A stretch of 64,000 nucleotides of DNA from Paracoccaceae bacterium (GTDB lineage Bacteria; Pseudomonadota; Alphaproteobacteria; Rhodobacterales; Rhodobacteraceae): the NCBI GenBank assembly GCA_045565285.1, contig JBJLFR010000010.1, positions 3,344 through 67,343 of the forward strand, written 5' to 3'. Below the pieces are notes generated by a model, which saw only the letters and a program-made list of their open reading frames with translations, did not search any database and was not told the origin of the DNA. Shown piece after piece: positions 27,697 through 37,901 of the stretch. Position numbers and translations under genes: made by a program. How positions within the stretch are numbered: position 1 is the first letter of the stretch; every line of letters starts with the position of its first letter.

Positions 27697-28452
27697 GTGA
27701 ATTTAATGAATAATTTTCTTTATATCACTGGTGCTGGTGTTAGTGCTGAAAGTGGTATTCCTACTTTTAGGGATACTGATGGATTTTGGACGGTGGGAAG
27801 CGTTAACTATACACCTCAAGAAATGGCAACGAGGAATATGTATGAAAATAACCCTAGTGAATTTCTTTTATGGTATTTTAAAAGATTTATTTCATTAAAA
27901 AATATAAAACCTAATAAAACACACTACTGGCTATCTAATAAATGTTTAATAACTCAAAATATTGATGGATTGGATAGAAAAGCAGGTAACAAAAATTATA
28001 TTGGAATACATGGAAATATTGATAAATTAGTGGTTTTTGATAATCAAGATAAAATTCAAGAACCAAAGAATGCTAATTGGGATGAAATTGATAGAGAATA
28101 TTTATATAATGACTTGAAACTTAAAAAAATTCTATTAGAAAAATTTAAAATACCTTTAAAAAATTCAGAGTATACACCTGAAAAAGGTGTTTCATTAAAA
28201 CCACTAGTTTTACTTTTTGATGAAATTTATAATGAAAATTATAGATTTAATGAAGCGTTAACTTGGATGGAAAATTGTACAAAAATGATATTCATGGGTA
28301 CATCTTTTAGTGTCAATATTACTAATATTGCATTAGAAATTGCTATTGAAAAAAATCTACCAATTGAAATAGTTGACCCTAATCCAATTGAAATTAATTA
28401 TCCTAATATTGTGTATCATAAAATTAAGGCTTCAGATTACTGTAATATTTGA
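27697..28452 (+). CDS. SIR2-family NAD-dependent protein (sirtuin-like, no zinc-ribbon cysteines)
   Basis: 251 aa. 'ITGAGVSAESGIPTFRDTDGFW', 'TQNIDGL' and the catalytic His in 'GIHGN' are present. The C-x2-C ... C-x2-C zinc module expected after the His is absent. Confidence 0.7.
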   Translation: MNLMNNFLYITGAGVSAESGIPTFRDTDGFWTVGSVNYTPQEMATRNMYENNPSEFLLWYFKRFISLKNIKPNKTHYWLSNKCLITQNIDGLDRKAGNKNYIGIHGNIDKLVVFDNQDKIQEPKNANWDEIDREYLYNDLKLKKILLEKFKIPLKNSEYTPEKGVSLKPLVLLFDEIYNENYRFNEALTWMENCTKMIFMGTSFSVNITNIALEIAIEKNLPIEIVDPNPIEINYPNIVYHKIKASDYCNI

Positions 28453-28474
28453 ATTGTAAAAAATTATATGAAAC

Positions 28475-28804
28475 TTATAAAATTACATCATATAGGATTA
28501 TCCCACGATTTGAAAAATTTTTAACAGTAATCTTTGCTTTTTTTTCAAATTTAATTTCTGCTTCACGAAATAAATTTTGACACTCTATAAATGATTTTTC
28601 ATCTTTGTATTCCCACATGTTTCCTAACCTAAAAACTCCTTCTTTATTCCATATCTGGCTTACGGTTTGTCTGATTGCACCTGCTTTTTTAAACTTTGGA
28701 AGCATTTCTTGAATAATTTCTTGCCATTCTTCAGCTCCAACTCTCATATCACTCTTCGTGGTAAAATCTGATGTAATATAACTCATTAGCTTAGATTCAT
28801 TCAT
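28475..28804 (-). CDS. hypothetical protein
   Basis: 109-aa ORF with no motif recognised. Confidence 0.35.
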   Translation of the reverse strand: MNESKLMSYITSDFTTKSDMRVGAEEWQEIIQEMLPKFKKAGAIRQTVSQIWNKEGVFRLGNMWEYKDEKSFIECQNLFREAEIKFEKKAKITVKNFSNRGIILYDVIL

Positions 28805-29023
28805 ATAATTTTCCTTTCAAAATGAATTTCTGTAATTGTAGATATCAGCATAAATAATACAAAACATGTTTCAAGATTGAATAAAAAATAAAATATATTA
28901 TCAAACTATATATTAAATCAGTTTAAACTTCTTATTGATCTTAATCTGAAAGATCATCTTTTTCTTTATATACTTCATTAGATAGATTTCTATTTAATAT
29001 TTCTTTCATTAAATATATCTTAG

Positions 29024-29971
29024 TTAAACTGTATCTGAAAATTTTGTTAATTTACTATTATTACTTGAATTACCCATTATAATTATAATTCCTGCAATAA
29101 TAATCGCAATAATTCCAATCAACCCATAAAAATTTGGTAAAATTCCCCAAAAAAACCAACTAAAAAAACCAGCGGAAATTAAATATGTATATTCATAAAT
29201 AGCTGCATATGTTGGTTTCGATATTTGATAAGCCATTATAATAAAATAAATTGCTACTGAAGATAAAAAACCAAGAAAACACATTATTATCCAAAAATTT
29301 AAATTTTGATTTTGCCAAGGCCTATAAATGAATGGTGCTTTATCAAATATAATTGAATTTACAGGATAAAATGTAAAAAACAATGAAAGCAATAAACCAA
29401 TCAAACCAATAGAAAACAAAAAACAAAAAAGGATTGAAAGTGGTTCTTCTTCTTGCAGATACTTATTTGTTATAATTGCTCCTACCGCATAAGTTGCGCC
29501 TGCTAAAATAGGAAAAAAATGGTAAATTGTAGGTTTGAAATTTACTCCTATAATTAAATAAACACCTATTATACCGAGAGAAAATGCAAAAATTTGTCTA
29601 ATAGAGATATTTTCTTTAAAAAATAAAAAAGAGAATACTAAAACAAAAATTGGTGAAGTAAATAATCCAGCTCCTGCCTCTGCAATCGGCATCATTGGTA
29701 TAACTGAAAAATATAATATCATAGAAATGACATTAAAAAATGTTCGACAAATAATTGCTAACCAATTTTTAATAATCAATTTTTTTTTGCTAAAATAAGC
29801 AAATATAAAAACTATTATTATAGCACTTAATGATCTTGAAAAATGAAATTGTCCAACACTTACTTTATCAGAAACTAATAAAGTTAAATTATCTGCTAAA
29901 CCAAATATAGACAGCCCTAAAGTTAACAAAATACCACTTTTTGTAAGAGGAGAAAAAGAGTTTAAGAACAT
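29024..29971 (-). CDS. DMT-superfamily (EamA-like) transporter
   Basis: 315 aa, ~10 TM segments arranged as two EamA-like halves. Confidence 0.7.
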   Translation of the reverse strand: MFLNSFSPLTKSGILLTLGLSIFGLADNLTLLVSDKVSVGQFHFSRSLSAIIIVFIFAYFSKKKLIIKNWLAIICRTFFNVISMILYFSVIPMMPIAEAGAGLFTSPIFVLVFSFLFFKENISIRQIFAFSLGIIGVYLIIGVNFKPTIYHFFPILAGATYAVGAIITNKYLQEEEPLSILFCFLFSIGLIGLLLSLFFTFYPVNSIIFDKAPFIYRPWQNQNLNFWIIMCFLGFLSSVAIYFIIMAYQISKPTYAAIYEYTYLISAGFFSWFFWGILPNFYGLIGIIAIIIAGIIIIMGNSSNNSKLTKFSDTV

Positions 29972-30040
29972 AAAATAAAACAGACTTAACTAATGAATAA
30001 TATATTAAGCAACACAAAGTATACTTCATTTTTTTTTAGA

Positions 30041-32050
30041 CTACAAATTTCTACTTTTAATTAAAATTTGAGGATCAGGTAATTTTTTTCTAAAAGCTTT
30101 ATAGAGTATTTCTGGTTCTTTTAAACCGCCCTTAGATAATATATTTTTTTCAAAACTTTCTGCCGTTTTTTTATTAAAAATATCACCAGTTTTTTTAAAA
30201 GCTGAATATGCATCTTCATCCATCATTTCTGACCAGATGTAACTATAATATGCCGAGGCATAGCCACCTCCACTAAAAATATGTTGGAATTGAGCTAAAT
30301 TATGTCTTGGGTATATAGCTTTAGTTAGACCAATCTTATTAAGATATGTTTTTTCTAGTTTAATCGGATCACTAATAGGTTTTTCAGAGTGTAATTTTAT
30401 ATCTATAATAGCTGAGGCTAAATATTCTGTGGTATCAAAACCAGAATTAAAAGTTCTTGATAAAATAACATTTTCCAATAGCTTTGAAGGAATATTTTTT
30501 TTGGTTTTATAATGAGATGTAAACTTGTTTAAAATCTCTTTACTTTCTAACCAATGCTCAAACCACTGACTAGGTAGTTCTACAAAATCTCTTGATACAG
30601 AAGTACCTGACAGCATTTCAAAATTAACATCAGATAATAATTGATGAAGAGCATGACCAAATTCATGAAATAACGTTTTTGCTTCATCAAAAGTCAAAAG
30701 ACAAGGCATCCCCTTTAGAGGTTTGCTAAAATTACAAACATTAAGAACAATCGGATTTAGTCTTTGTTCATTAATTTTACTTTGACTTTTAAAAGTTGAA
30801 CACCATGCACCAGATCTTTTTCCTTTGCGTGAGTAGTAATCACCAATAAATAAACCAATGCGCTCATTATTTTTTAAAACTTCAAAAACTTTACAATCCG
30901 GATGATAAGCAGTCATATCCAATTTTCTTAGTTTTAAATTAAAAAGTTTATCACACGAATAAGAAATAGCTTCGATTAACTTATCTAACTGGAAATATGA
31001 TTTAACATCATCCTCATTAAATTTGAATTGTTTTTCACGTTTTTTTTCAGCATAATATCTCCAATCCCAAGGTTTTAAATTACCAGAATACCCATCAGCT
31101 TTAAGTAATTTATTTAATTCTTTAATATCTTTTTTTACTTTTTGCTTAGAGGGACCCCAGATATTAAAAAGAAATTTATGAACATTATCAGGATCTTTGG
31201 CCATTTCAGTCTCTAAACGATAATGAGAAAAAGATTTATAACCTAATAAAAGTGCTAATTTTTGTCTTAAAAGAATAGTTTTTTTTATAATTTCTGGGTT
31301 TCCAGAATGAAGACCTCTAGATTTCCAACTTTTTAAAACTTTTTTTCTTAATTTTCTATTTTCTGAAAATTTTAAAAAAGGAAGTAGTAGTGCCTCAGTT
31401 AAATTAATTGCGTAACCTTTTTTACCACTTACTATTGCTAAATTTTTTAAATCATTTATTAAAAATTTAGGAAGTCCTATTGTATCTTTCTTTTTTAAAA
31501 AAAGAAGCCAATTTTTTTCGTCTTTTATAATATTTTGAGAAAAATTTACTCCTAATAAAACTAATTCTTTTACAATTTTTTTATACTCTGTTTTATCCTT
31601 ATATTTTAAATTTATACCAGAACGCAAAAATCCCCTTTTTAAAAGAAATAAAACTCTGTTTTGTTCAATACTGAATTCAGTATTATTTTTACTGATAGGT
31701 ATTTTATTTATTCTATCATAGAGTTTTTTATTTTGATAAATATTAGAATAATGATCAGAAATTATTGGTAATAACTTTTTTCTAATCGCTTCTCTTTCTT
31801 TGGTAAGTCCAGTTGCACATAATGAATAGAATATAGATAGTATTTCAGAAAGTTTATTTCCTGAATTTAAAAATGGAATTATTGTATTTTTAAAGGTTGG
31901 TTTGTTTTTAATAGAACAAATTTTACTGATAGTTAATTTTTGTTCATTTGTTAGAAAAGGGATAGCTTGTTCGAAATGAGTATTTTCAATAATATCAAAA
32001 GGAGGAATTTTAAAATTATTAGACAATTCTTTAAGTAATGGATTATTCAT
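30041..32050 (-). CDS. M3-family zinc metallopeptidase (peptidyl-dipeptidase Dcp / oligopeptidase A-like)
   Basis: 669 aa. 'TLFHEFGHALH' (HEXXH) with a downstream Glu region. Size is typical of M3A. Confidence 0.85.
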   Translation of the reverse strand: MNNPLLKELSNNFKIPPFDIIENTHFEQAIPFLTNEQKLTISKICSIKNKPTFKNTIIPFLNSGNKLSEILSIFYSLCATGLTKEREAIRKKLLPIISDHYSNIYQNKKLYDRINKIPISKNNTEFSIEQNRVLFLLKRGFLRSGINLKYKDKTEYKKIVKELVLLGVNFSQNIIKDEKNWLLFLKKKDTIGLPKFLINDLKNLAIVSGKKGYAINLTEALLLPFLKFSENRKLRKKVLKSWKSRGLHSGNPEIIKKTILLRQKLALLLGYKSFSHYRLETEMAKDPDNVHKFLFNIWGPSKQKVKKDIKELNKLLKADGYSGNLKPWDWRYYAEKKREKQFKFNEDDVKSYFQLDKLIEAISYSCDKLFNLKLRKLDMTAYHPDCKVFEVLKNNERIGLFIGDYYSRKGKRSGAWCSTFKSQSKINEQRLNPIVLNVCNFSKPLKGMPCLLTFDEAKTLFHEFGHALHQLLSDVNFEMLSGTSVSRDFVELPSQWFEHWLESKEILNKFTSHYKTKKNIPSKLLENVILSRTFNSGFDTTEYLASAIIDIKLHSEKPISDPIKLEKTYLNKIGLTKAIYPRHNLAQFQHIFSGGGYASAYYSYIWSEMMDEDAYSAFKKTGDIFNKKTAESFEKNILSKGGLKEPEILYKAFRKKLPDPQILIKSRNL

Positions 32051-32065
32051 ATCAGGAACTCTTAA

Positions 32066-32782
32066 TTAAGGGTAAACTTCTAAAGCATTGAAATCAAAAC
32101 ATTTTCCAGAGTCTTTTGAGCTTAAATCCTCTAATACTTTAGTTATTTTTAAAGCAGAATATTCTCCCGTAAATAATTTTTCATTAGACACATTTTTTTG
32201 AAATGGTTTTGACAGTTTACTATCAACAGTTCCTGGATGTAACCCAACAATAATACTTTTCTTATACTTCCTTCCAAGTTCTATACTAAAATTTTTAATA
32301 ATCATATTTAGTGCTGATTTTGAAGCTCTATAGCTATGCCAACCACCTATTTTATTATCTGATATACTACCCACGCGAGCTGAAAACGCAGCTAAAATTG
32401 TTTTTTTTTCTCGTGATATTGTATTGGAAAAATGTTTAAAGATTAATGCTGGAGCTATAGCATTAATGTTAAATAATGTTTGAAATTTTTCAAAGGATAT
32501 TTCTCTAATTGATTTTTCTGGAAAAAAAAGATCATTATGTAATAGTCCTGTTGCTATGATTAAGATATCAATTGTTTTTTCATTAAAATATTTTGTTACT
32601 ATATTTTCAATTGATACCTCATCTAAAATATTTATGTGATCCATAGTTAAATTTGAAACATGTTTATTTTTATACCCACGTGAAAATGCGTAAACATGAT
32701 TTTCAAAATTTTCCTTATAAATATTTACAAGGGCAGTACCAATTGTACCTGAAGCACCAATAATAACAACATTTCTTGACAT
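32066..32782 (-). CDS. short-chain dehydrogenase/reductase (SDR)
   Basis: 238 aa. 'VIIGASGTIGTAL' is the cofactor motif and 'YRASKSALN' the catalytic Y-x3-K. Confidence 0.8.
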   Translation of the reverse strand: MSRNVVIIGASGTIGTALVNIYKENFENHVYAFSRGYKNKHVSNLTMDHINILDEVSIENIVTKYFNEKTIDILIIATGLLHNDLFFPEKSIREISFEKFQTLFNINAIAPALIFKHFSNTISREKKTILAAFSARVGSISDNKIGGWHSYRASKSALNMIIKNFSIELGRKYKKSIIVGLHPGTVDSKLSKPFQKNVSNEKLFTGEYSALKITKVLEDLSSKDSGKCFDFNALEVYP

Positions 32783-32883
32783 TTACTAAATCCAGAAAAA
32801 ATTTAAAATACGATAATCATAGACTTATAGATATATATATTTAAAATAATCAATTTCAATTTTAAAATATAGAGGATTTTTTA

Positions 32884-33267
32884 ATGAAAAGTTTTATTGA
32901 TTTATTAGATGAAGCAAATGCAAAAATAAAAACTATAACGGTTGAAGAACTCAAAAAAATAATGAACGAGGCTCAGGTCTTAATAGTTGATGTTCAATCA
33001 AAAGATGTTGTTGATAAATCAGGAATGATCCCAAAAGCAATTCATGCAAATAGGGGATTCCTTGAGTTTTATGCTGATCAAAGAGAAGATAATCCCTTTA
33101 AAAAAAAGGAAATGAATAATAATAAAAAAATTATAGTTTATTGTGGGGCAGGTGGCCAAGGTGCACTAGCTACCAAAACCCTACAAGATATGGGATTTAA
33201 AGATGTAAGTAATCTGGAAGGTGGATCAGATGCTTGGGTAAAAGCCGGCAATATTTTGACCAAGTAA
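32884..33267 (+). CDS. rhodanese-domain sulfurtransferase
   Basis: 127 aa. Active-site loop 'VYCGAGGQGALA'. Single-domain size. Confidence 0.7.
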   Translation: MKSFIDLLDEANAKIKTITVEELKKIMNEAQVLIVDVQSKDVVDKSGMIPKAIHANRGFLEFYADQREDNPFKKKEMNNNKKIIVYCGAGGQGALATKTLQDMGFKDVSNLEGGSDAWVKAGNILTK

Positions 33268-33275
33268 TAATTGAT

Positions 33276-33827
33276 TTATATATTTTTATTATTCCATACA
33301 AGAGCTTTTATTGCGGATGCAACATCTGTATCTTCAATACTTTGTGCTCCCCTATTAATTCTTAATTTGTGGGCTTTTTCTAGAACTTGACAATGTGTGT
33401 ATCCAAATGGAGGATCAAATTTATAACTAGCTAATTCAATTAACAAACCTAATGGCTCATGAAAATAAATGGAATCCATAAATCCTCTGTCTTTTATTCC
33501 CGTATTGGGATATTTTTTATTTTTTAACCTTTCTTCGGCAATTCTTATAACACTTTGACTAACCCAAAATGCAATATGGTGAACTGATCCTTGATAAGGA
33601 TCTATTTTTTTTTTATTTGGTTTTTTACCTTCATTAGTAAAAACTGTTATTGTTCTACCGTCTCCACAATCAAAATATAAATGATTTATTGATAAATCAT
33701 CTAAATTAGGTTGTTCAAATATTAATTTCATGCCTAGAATTTCTTGCCAAAAATTAATGGAAGTCTTACTATCTGCACCATTAAGAGTTATATGATGAAT
33801 ACCTTGTGTTTGTAACAGTACTGACAT
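33276..33827 (-). CDS. VOC-family (glyoxalase/ring-cleaving dioxygenase-like) protein
   Basis: 183 aa. 'GIHHITLNGADSKTSINFWQEILGMKL' and 'HHIAFWV' are paired beta-alpha-beta-beta-beta module motifs. Confidence 0.65.
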   Translation of the reverse strand: MSVLLQTQGIHHITLNGADSKTSINFWQEILGMKLIFEQPNLDDLSINHLYFDCGDGRTITVFTNEGKKPNKKKIDPYQGSVHHIAFWVSQSVIRIAEERLKNKKYPNTGIKDRGFMDSIYFHEPLGLLIELASYKFDPPFGYTHCQVLEKAHKLRINRGAQSIEDTDVASAIKALVWNNKNI

Positions 33828-33943
33828 AAGTAAAAATTTAATAATATAAATAGTTGAATAGACATTCTAATATACCTTATATAAATATTAATAAAATTAA
33901 TTAAAAGAGTATAATTTGAATAAAACTGAAGGTTATAATTTTA

Positions 33944-34294
33944 ATGGTTGATTACTCAAATAAAGTATGTGAAGCATGTTCTGCAGATGCACCAAAAGCA
34001 ACACAATCAGAAATTGAGGATTTTTTAAAAAATAATAGGGAATGGTATTTAGCAAGTGATATAGACTTCCCTCAATTGAGAAGAGAGTTTAAATTCAATA
34101 ATTTTTTAAATGCTCAAAAATTTACAAACATAATTGGGGATTTAGCAGAAGAAGAGGGACATCATCCAAGTATTTTATTGGAATATGGTAAAGTAACAAT
34201 TAGCTGGTGGAGCCATAAGATACAATCTCTTCATGTTAATGACTTTATTTTATCTTCTAAAACTGAATATATTTATAATTCTAAATTTAAATAA
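33944..34294 (+). CDS. phhB: pterin-4-alpha-carbinolamine dehydratase
   Basis: 116 aa. 'AEEEGHHPSILLEYGKVTISWWSH' contains the PCD His-His-Pro signature. Confidence 0.8.
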   Translation: MVDYSNKVCEACSADAPKATQSEIEDFLKNNREWYLASDIDFPQLRREFKFNNFLNAQKFTNIIGDLAEEEGHHPSILLEYGKVTISWWSHKIQSLHVNDFILSSKTEYIYNSKFK

Positions 34295-34312
34295 TTTTTT
34301 TATGATGATATA

Positions 34313-34681
34313 ATGAAACAAAAAAATGTTTTAGGAACTGATTTAGAAGTATGTAACGAGAATCCAATGACTGGTTTTTTTAGAGATGGTTGTTGCAACA
34401 CCAATCAAATGGATGCTGGAAGCCATACAGTTTGTGTAATATTAACAAAAGAATTTTTAGAATTCTCGAAATCTAAAGGAAATGATTTATCAACTCCTAG
34501 GCCAGAATTTGATTTTCCCGGTCTTAGTCCTGGCGATGGTTGGTGTTTATGCGCTGCAAGATGGTTAGAAGCCGAAAATGAAGGTTGTGCACCAAGAGTA
34601 AAATTATTATCCACTAATGAAAAGGCATTAGAAATTATTAAATTTGAAAAATTAAAATCATATCAAATTGATTTAAATTAA
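34313..34681 (+). CDS. DUF2237-family protein
   Basis: 122 aa. 'TGFFRDGCCNT', 'HTVCVILTKEFLEFSKSKGNDLSTP' and 'PGDGWCLCAARW' match the DUF2237 pattern. Confidence 0.75.
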   Translation: MKQKNVLGTDLEVCNENPMTGFFRDGCCNTNQMDAGSHTVCVILTKEFLEFSKSKGNDLSTPRPEFDFPGLSPGDGWCLCAARWLEAENEGCAPRVKLLSTNEKALEIIKFEKLKSYQIDLN

Positions 34682-34726
34682 ATAAAAAAAAATTTTAAAA
34701 TTTTTAAAATTTTTAAAGGTTCATTT

Positions 34727-35599
34727 ATGTATTATTCAAATAATGATGATAAAGTACCTTTGGGTATTGTAACTTGTATTATAGAAATTCTAACTTTAAC
34801 TGCCATAGCCACTATAGTTAAATTTGTTTCTCCAAATATATCAGTTATTACTATATTATTTTTTAGATATATTTTTTGTTTACCATTACTTTTAATCGTA
34901 GGTTTATCACAGAGAGGCAAAAAATTTTTGCAAATAAATAAAAAGAAAACCCTAATTGCAAGAATAATTATTGGAATAACTGGACTTACATCATATTTCA
35001 TTGCAATTTCACTAATTGGAATTGGTAAAACTATAGCTCTTGGACAACTAATGACTATCTTCATTACAATTTTAGCTCCTTTTATGCTTTCTGAAAGAGT
35101 AGAAATGAAACGTTGGTTTGCTGTAGTATTTGGTTTGATAGGTTCAATAATAATAATAAACCCCGAAAAATCAGGCTGGTTCAATTTTGGAATTTTTTGG
35201 GGTTTAAATTCTGCATTTTTTGCAGCTTTATTAAATATTTATCTTCGTAAGCTTGGAAATTCTGATAAACCCATCAGCACTGCTTTATGGTATAATATAT
35301 CTGGAGCATTAATATTCACGTTAGTTTTTACTATTTCAAAAGAGGAATTACCACACAATTTCAATACTTGGTTAATTTTAATTTCTTGTGGTATATTATC
35401 TAGTATTCAACAATTTTTATTAGCTTTTAGTAGATCTTTAGCACCTGCAATTATTTTGGCACCTTTCCAATATTTATCAATTCCATTTGCATTTTTTGTA
35501 GGAATATATTTTTTTAATGAAGATCTAGGATTAAATTTTATTATGGGGACTATAATTATTATCTCAGCTACTTTTTACTTAAGTATAAAAAAAATATAA
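34727..35599 (+). CDS. DMT-superfamily (EamA-like) transporter
   Basis: 290 aa with 10 predicted TM segments. Confidence 0.7.
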   Translation: MYYSNNDDKVPLGIVTCIIEILTLTAIATIVKFVSPNISVITILFFRYIFCLPLLLIVGLSQRGKKFLQINKKKTLIARIIIGITGLTSYFIAISLIGIGKTIALGQLMTIFITILAPFMLSERVEMKRWFAVVFGLIGSIIIINPEKSGWFNFGIFWGLNSAFFAALLNIYLRKLGNSDKPISTALWYNISGALIFTLVFTISKEELPHNFNTWLILISCGILSSIQQFLLAFSRSLAPAIILAPFQYLSIPFAFFVGIYFFNEDLGLNFIMGTIIIISATFYLSIKKI

Positions 35600-35610
35600 A
35601 TTAATCTGAA

Positions 35611-36243
35611 TTGTTTTTATTTTTTTCATATTTTCAAGGTCTATTACTTGGTTTATCACTAATAATAGCAATCGGAGCACAAAATCTATTTGTTTTTAAC
35701 CAAGGTCTAATTGGCAAACATATTTTTTTAGTTTGTTTATTTTGTTCTATTTCAGATACATTTCTGATTTTAATAGGATATTTAGGTATTTATATAATAA
35801 TAAATGATAATATTTTTTTACAAAATCTAATTATATTTCTTGGTTTTATATGGTTATTAATTTATGGAATACTTAAAATAAGATATGGATTATTAATTGA
35901 TAAAAATAATTTTAATATTTATTTCACAGAAATTTCTAATAGAAGTTTAACTAAAACCTTGTTTGCACTAGCTGGGATAACTTGGTTTAATCCACATGTG
36001 TATTTGGATACTGTTTTTTTAATAGGAAGTATTTCTAATTCAATTGAACAACAAAAACAAATTCCCTTTTTAATAGGTTGTATGAGTTCGAGTTTTTTAT
36101 TCTTCTTTTTGATAGGGTATTTGGGATTTAAAATTGGACCATTAATAAAAACTCCAATCATGTGGAAAAAAATAAATATTTTATTTGGAATTATAATGAT
36201 AATTTTAGCTTTTTATATTATTTTTAAATATTTCATTAATTAA
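35611..36243 (+). CDS. LysE/ArgO-family amino-acid exporter
   Basis: 210 aa with a TTG start. 'FSYFQGLLLGLSLIIAIGAQNLFVFNQG' closely parallels the ArgO N-terminus. Confidence 0.75.
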   Translation: MFLFFSYFQGLLLGLSLIIAIGAQNLFVFNQGLIGKHIFLVCLFCSISDTFLILIGYLGIYIIINDNIFLQNLIIFLGFIWLLIYGILKIRYGLLIDKNNFNIYFTEISNRSLTKTLFALAGITWFNPHVYLDTVFLIGSISNSIEQQKQIPFLIGCMSSSFLFFFLIGYLGFKIGPLIKTPIMWKKINILFGIIMIILAFYIIFKYFIN

Positions 36244-36247
36244 TAAT

Positions 36248-36910
36248 TCATTTATTAAATAACATATCTTGTTTAGCTTTATTTTTATAAATTATAAAAA
36301 TAGAAAGTCCGAGGACACAAGTATTTAATATATGCCAAATGAAATGTGTGCCTATAGGAAAAAGAAAACATAAATCTTGATCTATAGTTCTAAAAAATAT
36401 GGAAATAGATAAAATTATAGAACAAATAAATAAATTTTTACTAATAAAAAAATTAATTGTTCTTAAGTAAATTGAATATCCTAAAAACAAAAAAATGTAA
36501 GAAAAATAAAATGCCGAACCATTCATGTATCCAAAGAAGAATTGAATAGTTGATATTACAAAAAAACTAAATGGAATAAATGCGATTGTTCCCAATATTG
36601 ATAATAATCTAGAAAGATTTAAAAATCTAATATTTGCTCCATATAAGTAAGTAAAACCAAATATTAAAATAGAAATAGTATCTAAAATAGCCCCTAAGAT
36701 ATTAGCATAAGTATGGAAAATGAAAGAACAAATACCAATTAATATTAATTCAATTGAAAGAAATTGACATAATTTATCTTTAAATGTTTTTGTTAAAAAA
36801 ATTAGCCCTGCGATAATATAACAAAAATTAGTAATTGAGTTAATTGGCTCACCAAAAAAAAACTCCGAGTTTCTTTCACAGTAAATATTTATTGTTTGAA
36901 AAAAGTCCAT
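36248..36910 (-). CDS. ceramidase-like integral membrane protein
   Basis: 220 aa, 7 TM segments. The N-terminal 'IYCERNSEFFFGEPINSITNF' resembles the alkaline-ceramidase family motif. Confidence 0.45.
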   Translation of the reverse strand: MDFFQTINIYCERNSEFFFGEPINSITNFCYIIAGLIFLTKTFKDKLCQFLSIELILIGICSFIFHTYANILGAILDTISILIFGFTYLYGANIRFLNLSRLLSILGTIAFIPFSFFVISTIQFFFGYMNGSAFYFSYIFLFLGYSIYLRTINFFISKNLFICSIILSISIFFRTIDQDLCFLFPIGTHFIWHILNTCVLGLSIFIIYKNKAKQDMLFNK

Positions 36911-37012
36911 TTTATGGTTTATAAGAGATTTATAGTAAATTAATAAATATTCTCTATCTTGAAAAGATAAAATTAGAAATTAATTTATTACTTATCAACA
37001 TGAGATAGTTTA

Positions 37013-37423
37013 ATGGATTTTGAATTCTTAATAAAAACGACTGAGAGACTTCTGTTAATTTCAATTGCAATTGCCACTGTGTGTGCAACAGCTATTGAAA
37101 TTTCAACATTAGTAATAGATAGAGAAGTAGAGCTTGCTGATTTGTTATTATTATTTATTTATACCGAAGTACTTGGGATGGTAGGTGTTTTTTATCGTAG
37201 TGGAAGCATCCCAATAACTTTACCTCTTTTTATTGCAATTACAGCATTAAGTAGAATGATTATTTTACAAGGTAAGGGTTCTGATCCTCAAAACTTATTA
37301 TACGAAGCAGGAGCTATATTAATGTTAGCTATAGCAGTATTAATTATTAGACAAAGTTCAATTTCTTCATTTGCATCAACAAAAGTTTCTAAAGATAATA
37401 ATAATGAGAATTACGGAAAATAA
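37013..37423 (+). CDS. small membrane protein (PsiE-like?)
   Basis: 136 aa, 4 TM segments. Size and topology are like phosphate-starvation-inducible PsiE. Assignment is tentative. Confidence 0.3.
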   Translation: MDFEFLIKTTERLLLISIAIATVCATAIEISTLVIDREVELADLLLLFIYTEVLGMVGVFYRSGSIPITLPLFIAITALSRMIILQGKGSDPQNLLYEAGAILMLAIAVLIIRQSSISSFASTKVSKDNNNENYGK

Positions 37424-37428
37424 AAATT

Positions 37429-37806
37429 TTACTCAAATTTTTTGATTTCACAAAAAGCACTCATCGACTTAACTCCTACGCCATCAAGTCTTGATACATA
37501 TAAATATTTACTATCTAGAATTAATCTATTAATGCCATCTGATGCTAGCCAATTATATTCGCTATCTTTCCTTAAAAATTCTAAATTGGAGGCTCCATAA
37601 AAATATCTATCAGTTAGTATTACAGATTCTTCTTTTACAATTACTTCAAACGTAAAAGTATCAAATTTTGTTATAACAGTTCTTAAAACCTGTATATGAT
37701 TTAAAATATTACAAGAAAAAGTAGTGGATACTGGATGTTCATCAGCTATTGTAAATTTAGAAATCAAGACAAAAAGGGGGATAAAAAAAATATTTAATTT
37801 AAACAT
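37429..37806 (-). CDS. secreted hypothetical protein
   Basis: 125 aa with a signal peptide (MFKLNIFFIPLFVLISKFTIA). No motif recognised. Confidence 0.4.
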   Translation of the reverse strand: MFKLNIFFIPLFVLISKFTIADEHPVSTTFSCNILNHIQVLRTVITKFDTFTFEVIVKEESVILTDRYFYGASNLEFLRKDSEYNWLASDGINRLILDSKYLYVSRLDGVGVKSMSAFCEIKKFE

Positions 37807-37901
37807 AACTCATATATTATTTTTTCAATTTAAAAGACAAGTATATAACGACTTAATTTATCAATTAAATAGTAATTTTATATGAATAATTTATTTTGTA
37901 A

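Noticed and set aside
27697-28452. SIR2-domain gene as part of an anti-phage defence system (Thoeris, DSR or SIR2-HerA type).
   Set aside because: The protein is only 251 aa with no fused sensor domain. No HerA, TIR, pAgo or other partner is adjacent. The neighbours are secreted hydrolase-type genes.
34732-35184. 150-aa antisense ORF inside the EamA transporter gene (also 3699..4001, 24613..24885, 48178..48453, 52047..52325 and similar cases).
   Set aside because: An ORF this long is unusual for an AT-rich genome. However, the sense strand encodes a coherent 10-TM DMT protein, the antisense translation is featureless, and it lacks a start context. I treat it as the shadow of NNT-biased codons.
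21926-36910. A possible sphingolipid link between the LCB5/DAG-kinase-like gene (21926..22840) and the ceramidase-like gene (36248..36910).
   Set aside because: The genes are 13 kb apart with unrelated genes between them. Both family calls are generic, and no serine palmitoyltransferase is in the window.
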